A stretch of 64,000 nt of DNA, taken from positions 8,111,551 to 8,175,550 of the forward strand of contig BFEA01000006.1 of the NCBI GenBank assembly GCA_003427395.1, read 5' to 3'. The notes under the pieces are model-generated. The model had not been told where the DNA came from and ran no database searches. It saw nothing but the letters and a program-made list of their open reading frames with translations. Below, one piece after another: positions 58,301 to 64,000 of this stretch (position 1 is its first letter; each line of letters begins with the position of its first letter). Source of the stretch: Chara braunii. Taxonomy: Eukaryota; Plantae; Charophyceae. Made by a program: the position numbers and the translations under genes.

Positions 58301-59899
58301 TAAATCCCCACTTAAGTCAGTCCACATAACTTCCCAGAATTCCTTAGGGAATCCATCAATGCCGGGGTTTTTTTCCTCTTTCATTTGGAGGAGTGCAGAC
58401 CACACTTCGTCCTTGGTCATTGGTTCCTCTAATTTATTTTGTTGATGCGGGGAAACGTGTCTGTCCATTGGCGCCAGAAATTCTTTTAGTGTTTTTTTTG
58501 TCCCTTCCTCTTGTAAGGGTGGAATTTGGGAGGTATACAATTGTTTAAAGAATTTCCTCGTGATAAGTGTGTTGTGGGCGATATCGATGGCTACGATATC
58601 CTCATCGTCTAGGTCAAACAGTTCTTCGATAATAGTCCGTCGTGCTCGTGTTGTGGCGATTGAGAAAAATTGGGTGTCCATCGTGGCCTCCTGGGTGAAT
58701 TAGGCCACTTTTCCTCAGATTCTGATTCCTTGCCATCTGTGTAGTGCGTATTGTAGGAGCTGGTCCTTGATTCTTTGTATTCTTTGTATGGAGGAGGTGA
58801 GATGTTGTGACTCGGCCTGACATTCCAGGGCTATCAATTCTTTGTGTATGGACATTTCCTGTTGTTGTCGCATCACCGCCTTAGCTTTAGAGAATTCCTT
58901 GCACTTCCTGGCTAGAAAAATCAGACCGTTATTAAACCATGCGGACTGTGAGTCGAAAAGATGTTTTTGTTGACGCCAGAAGAGCCATTCATGCCGAATC
59001 ATTTGTTGGAAGGATATGTCATTGAGTAGAGAAGTGTTCAGCTTGTAGAATTCAGGCCCTTGATCAGGTCGTTTCCTCCTTGTCAGTATTATCCCATAAG
59101 ACTTGTGGTCTAGTCCTAGATATGGGCTACATGGGAGGATTATTGACCAGCGCAATGCGCCTTCTAGGTCATTGGAAAGAAAGATCAGGTCGATTCGAGA
59201 TTTGGATAACCGCATCGGGTCACTGTCCCTTACGCATGTGAAAGTCCTGGCTTGAGGGTGCAGTCGGCGGAACGTATCGAAGATTGAGAGGGTCCCATAA
59301 AGTTCAGTTATCATTCTCTCATCTTCAATCGCGGCAAAGGAGGGGGACTCCTGAGAGTTCCACCTATCGAGTCTCCTGTCAGGGGTGGCATTAAAATCTT
59401 CTGCTATGATTAGGGGGATACCTTCAGGGACTTGCCTTCCGAGCCCCCCGAGAAAGTCACGCCTCTCGCCAACCGTATTAGGGGAGTAGATGCAAAGAAT
59501 GCACAGTAATTTTAATTCGAGCATCCCTAAGACGGAGCCCATTGCCCTTCTACTTCGTCGAACGCCCAATGGACTGGTTGGAATCTGGAATCCGGGGAAA
59601 CCCAGATTGCCACCCCGGCTGAGGCCGGCCTAGGGGCGTGGGCTCTTATGGCAGAATGAGGCCAAATCATCCTGTGTGCTCTGTTGTGCTCCGGGTTATC
59701 TTGCAGATGTGTTTACGCAGATTACATCGGGCCAACGCCTTCCCCCAACCCCTCTAACGTGATACCAAATGGCTTGGCATTTTTCTGGTTTGCTAGAGGC
59801 CAAGTTGTTTACATTGATGGAACGGAGGTCCAAGTCTGCCGAATTTACGCACTTCTGCCAGGCCGGGTTTTTGCAATATAATGTTTCTACGTCGTCCAT
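55355..59899 (-). pseudogene. LINE ORF2: AP endonuclease plus reverse transcriptase, multiple frameshifts
   Basis: SINVNNL, IYSPN, AEDFNA, SRIDLIF, LDHK; KNPGIDG, NYRPITLL, QTGFM, NFEKAYD, VRQGDP, FVDD, GRALVIN, GGLGI. Confidence 0.92.
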
Positions 59900-61670
59900 C
59901 TCACAGTGTGTGCCATTGTTTGACGTCCCATCTATCCAGGCTCAGGGTTCTTTTTCGTAACATCTTGCATTGGCATCTGCAAACATCATCTTCTGGTCAA
60001 AAATCGCTAGCTTTAACCTTTGCGCATTGCAGATCTAGCAGAGCGTTATGACTGTACCAGCGTAGATTGGCGGTTTTATTAGATTCAAAGAGTAGGTATA
60101 GATCATTCCCGGCCATCTGCTGGTCGCCCCAGGTTTCGAATCGCATGCCTGCTCTCGCCCCTGGTGCATAGTGCTTGGGGATAAAGTCTCTCATTTGGTT
60201 AATGAAGGCTTTATCTCGTTCCCTACCATCCCCGAATTGGAAGGAGAAGTCCCAACCTTGAAGTGTTACGCCCCCATGCTCCCCTATAGGAGAAAGACCG
60301 ATTTCCCATTTCCCTTCAATCTTCCTCAATGGAATTACCAGCACTCCATCCGATTTGGAGAGTGGATGTTCGAACAAGCCACGTTCTATAAATTGTCGCA
60401 GCTTAAGTCTCTTTGAAATCATGGCTTTCTCTAATTCCCCCATTTCGCCCTTTTTCTCTAATTGTGTTTGTTGACTGTGTTTGTCCCGTCATTGCTAGGT
60501 GCGCGTGCATCACAAGGGGCGGGGGTGGGGGGAGGTCGGAAGCGACCCCGGGCGATGGTCAGGATGCACTGGAAGGCTTCTGCCCACGTCAAATAGGCGG
60601 GAGGACCAGCAGTTAGTGTTGTTCTCAGCGTAGGGCTGTTATTCAGGAGAGTTACCAGTTCTACATAGGATTTATCCCAATACTCCTCCCCACCCTCCTC
60701 ACCCTGTGGGAGATCGGTTTGTAAATGCTTGGTTATCCAATCCGCAACCACTTGGATTTTCTGATCCAGGCTCATTTCCTGAGGGGGGGCATCTGGGTCA
60801 TTCGGGCATTCCTCCATCTCTACATCTAGGGGAGTGGGGTGTTGTATCCACGTCCATTGGTTGTGCCCCGAATGCATCCAAGCAAAAATATGGGGCTAAC
60901 GGTTGTGTCTGCCCTTGTTCGGTCGAACGTGGTAGCGGTGGGGGTTGCTGCTCTTGGTGGGCCGGCCCACCTTGCCCTCCTTGCTGGGGTTGTGTTGGCA
61001 ATGGCTGCTGTGTTTTTTGTGTTTTCTCCCGCGCCTGCTGCTTCAGCCTCACCACCTGTTGGTGGGTCTGCATCCGTTGCTCCCGTGGTGAAGGTAGAGG
61101 TGCCGACGGTATTTTTGGGGTTGTCGCTTCAACCTCCTCCTCGATTGAGCAGTCCCTGATTCCCCCCCCCCCCTTCTTCCCTTACCTCTCCCTTCTAAGT
61201 TTCTACCACCTGCCTTGCTTCCTGTTCTATGTTGGCCTGCCCCCCCCCCTTCTCTTCCCCTATCCCCCCACTCCCAGTTTCTACCATCTGCCTTTGTGCT
61301 TGTTCCGTGGTGCTACTCCTGCTGACTTCTTCACTCGTGCTCTGCTCTGAAACTGTCGGACATGCTTGTTCTCCCAAGTCCCGCATTTGATCTCCCGAGT
61401 TCTGACCGGTTTCACTTGTCTCAACATCTAGAAGGGTAAAGGGGTTTTCCTTATCCCTTCCCTTATCTCTTATCTCCGCTGGAGTTTCCTTTATCTTCTC
61501 CTTCCCTTTTCGCCCAACTACCTCCCAGGATTGCTTCCTCTCGGCCCCTTGGGGGCGGTCCGGTAGTTGATGGTGGCTGGGAGTCTTGTCTGGGGGTCCC
61601 CTGCCCTTCCCACGACCATCCAATCACTTCACCTTCTTTCTCTCCTGGTGTGTCGATGTACACCCATCCC

Positions 61671-62948
61671 TCATAACCCGAGGTCAACTGTACGCCACCA
61701 TGATTCCACAAAAGAGTCCTTCCTCAGTCTCCCTGTGGGTTTTGCTGTGCGTGAAGGGTGGCGGGCGCAGGCAGTGTCTGTGTATAAGCGACCATAGGCC
61801 TGACATTTGAAACACCAGGGTCGATGCTTGTGAGCGGTGTGTATTCGGTACACTTTCCCGCCTATACAAAACGGGATGACATCGTCAATTGTGAAGATTT
61901 GTCCCTCCACCAGGTTAATGGCAAGCATGAGGTAATCGTCGCGTCGTGCAACATAGGGGGGGAGGGGGTCAATAAAGTCCACAACGTCATATTTCTCCGC
62001 AAAGTCTTGTAGAAATGCTGCCTGTACCTCTATCGGGATATGGCGAAACTCAACCCAGAAGTGCTCCCTCATCATTTGTTCCCTTCGTTCCTCAGGCCTC
62101 AGAGTCTGTGGTTTTGGGGGTACCCATGGGTAAATACGGACTTCCGATCTCTCACAACGGAGCGATTTCCATCCATCCATGTTGTTTTTGTCAGAATCAG
62201 CTACACAGAGAACAGTAATGACTGATGACGAGGCAGGTTGTATCAGGAAGAGGTCGCGTGCTCCTTCTGGGGAACCTTTAAAAGCTGCTAGCCAATCCCT
62301 GATCCAACCCACCTTGTCATTCGTTGATTTGAAGGCGGCATCATCGTGGAATGCCCTGTTACTCGCGTGGCGAGTATACAGGGAATCTCTCACCTTGATT
62401 GCTTCCCCGGGGAGTGCTTTGACTATGGTGGATCTGCCGCCTTGGTGTAAAATCTTGTTTTCCGAGGCGGCTAGGAGATGGGTCAGGAAGAAAGCCCCGG
62501 CTGTTGTCAGGTTTCCCAGGGGGATTCTCCATTCCTCTCCTTTTCCATCAACAACTCCTTCCTTGCTCCGTTGGATTGCAATGGTCTCATGGGCAAAAGG
62601 TCTCCCCACCCTTTCTGCCCACGACGCCGAGCTGGTCGGCCTTTCCCTTGTGCCTTCCATTTCTTTACTTCGTTCCCTTGTCCATTCCCCCACGCCCTCT
62701 TGCCCCGGTGTAGATTCTGATTGGCGGTTTTGGGTGTGTTCCCCCGACTCCTGTTCTTTCCCCCCCCCCTTCAGAGTTATCTTCCCTCCCAGAAGCTGGT
62801 GGTGGGCAAGGTTCCTCGCCACCCCTTTATGCATGAGCATAGAATCCAGCTTCTTGTGCAACCTTTGATAACGGTCCTTCCCCCTATGAGCCACCATGAT
62901 GATTGCTTGATGTTGGGTTGTCTGTGTCTGTGCAGCGAGAAGGCTCAA
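61671..62948 (-). CDS. LINE ORF1 (N-terminal part) with degenerate zinc knuckle
   Basis: IYPWVP, FWVEFRHIPIE, WCFKCQAYGR...AC. Continues in broken frames to ~60458. Confidence 0.7.
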   Translation of the reverse strand: MSLLAAQTQTTQHQAIIMVAHRGKDRYQRLHKKLDSMLMHKGVARNLAHHQLLGGKITLKGGGKEQESGEHTQNRQSESTPGQEGVGEWTRERSKEMEGTRERPTSSASWAERVGRPFAHETIAIQRSKEGVVDGKGEEWRIPLGNLTTAGAFFLTHLLAASENKILHQGGRSTIVKALPGEAIKVRDSLYTRHASNRAFHDDAAFKSTNDKVGWIRDWLAAFKGSPEGARDLFLIQPASSSVITVLCVADSDKNNMDGWKSLRCERSEVRIYPWVPPKPQTLRPEERREQMMREHFWVEFRHIPIEVQAAFLQDFAEKYDVVDFIDPLPPYVARRDDYLMLAINLVEGQIFTIDDVIPFCIGGKVYRIHTAHKHRPWCFKCQAYGRLYTDTACARHPSRTAKPTGRLRKDSFVESWWRTVDLGL

Positions 62949-62969
62949 TTATCGGTGTTCACGGATGCA

Positions 62970-63400
62970 AGGTGGGGGGAGGGATGTTCTCACTACGATC
63001 GGAGAAGACCAGTTCCCGAGTCTGGAGATGGAATGGGTCGCAGGTTCGGGTGACGGGTCGGGGTCAGGGTCAGGTGCGAGAGGTCGGGTCGGGATCGGGG
63101 GCAGCCGGGATGAAACAGGCGGGAGGAAGGAGGCGATGAGATGGACGGGATTGGGTTCAGCGGGAAGGACGGGATTGGGTTCAGTGGGAAGGAGAGGTGG
63201 GGGGAGGGATGTTCTCAGTACGATCGGAGAAGACCAGTTCCCGAGTCTGGAGATGGAATGGGTCGCAGGTTCGGGTGACGGGTCGGGGTCAGGGTCATGC
63301 GCGAGAGGTCGGGTCGGGATCGGAGGCAACCGGGATGAAACAGGAGGGAGGAAGGAGGCGATGAGACGGACGGGATTGGGTTCAGCGGGAAGGAGAGGCG
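62970..63400. repeat. ~228-bp tandem duplication in the LINE 5' UTR
   Basis: ggtggggggagggatgttctca(c/g)tacgatcggagaagaccagttcccgagtc... at 62971 and 63196. Further shorter repeats at 63470-63740. Confidence 0.85.
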
Positions 63401-64000
63401 GAAAGAGCGGGATCGAGGTACAGGTCGGGACGGGCGGCGGGCGACGAACAGGGGCGCGATTGGGGTTGGGGTAGGGGGCAGGTTAGGATGGGGTGGGGGA
63501 TGCGCGGGGTCGGGATCGGGGTAGGTAGGGATGATTCAGGTTGTCGGGGGCGGGTCGGGGCAAGGAACAGTTGGGTCGGAGGGCAAAAATAGGAGGGAGA
63601 GGTCGGGGTCGGGATCACAGTCCGGGACAGGTCAGGATGGGGTGAAGGAAGCGCAGGATCGGGACCGGGGTAGGCAGGGATGATTCAGGTCGGCGGGGGC
63701 GGGCCGGGACAAGGAACAACGGGGTCGGAGGGTGGCGGGTTAGGGTCGGGGAAGGAGCGAGAAGACGGGTTGGAGTAGGAGTGGGAGAGACGGGTCGTGA
63801 GTTGGGGTAAGATCTGGAAGGAGGGACAGGGATCGGGATCGCAGTAGGGAGGAATAAGGCTTAGGTCCGGATGGGAGGGGGGTGGGTCTGGACGAGGAAC
63901 AGCAGAGGGTCAGGGGTGACGAGATTGGGGGGAGGAGGACAACCCACCAACCAAGAACCTCAGAAAAATCTCTCATAGCCCAGACCCGACATACAACAAC

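Larger units (their letters stand above)
54780..63990 (-). mobile_element. Near full-length decayed L1/Tx1-type LINE
   Basis: 5' tandem repeats, ORF1, broken APE-RT ORF2, and a 3' UTR with motif copies at 54838-54890 and 54937-54960. Ends approximate. Confidence 0.88.

Overview
Repeat-dense eukaryotic nuclear DNA from a streptophyte. The plant-type kinase, tetraspanin and U6, the green-plant mitochondrial fragments and the style of the Ty3/gypsy Pol suggest a charophyte alga such as Chara (inference). There are three intron-less host-type CDS: an RLCK/PUB-like pseudokinase (5'-partial), a tetraspanin, and an ABCG half-transporter that looks oomycete-like. The main object is a 14.7-kb minus-strand LTR retrotransposon (12105-26787, 4-bp TSD) with a solo LTR at 35358-38230, and it has several unusual features. 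(1) Pol stops after RNase H at a stop codon overlapped by a perfect GTAAGT splice donor. (2) Three downstream phase-2 acceptor candidates would fuse Pol in frame to a start-less PHD-finger protein, to a paralogous unknown protein, or to the integrase 2.6 kb away. (3) Further ORFs after the integrase are ATGA-coupled. (4) The LTR itself encodes a protein under purifying selection. (5) There is no polypurine tract; a pre-formed palindromic att junction (CGTCACA-TA-TGTGACG) and variable 3'-terminal extensions suggest integration from a circle. The window also holds a decayed full-length L1/Tx1-type LINE, a covarying tandem double-pseudoknot motif shared by many poly(A) retroposon 3' ends, U6 retrocopies, mitochondrial rRNA/tRNA fragments, tRNA-derived SINEs and many MITEs. 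All calls were made by eye; no database search was run.
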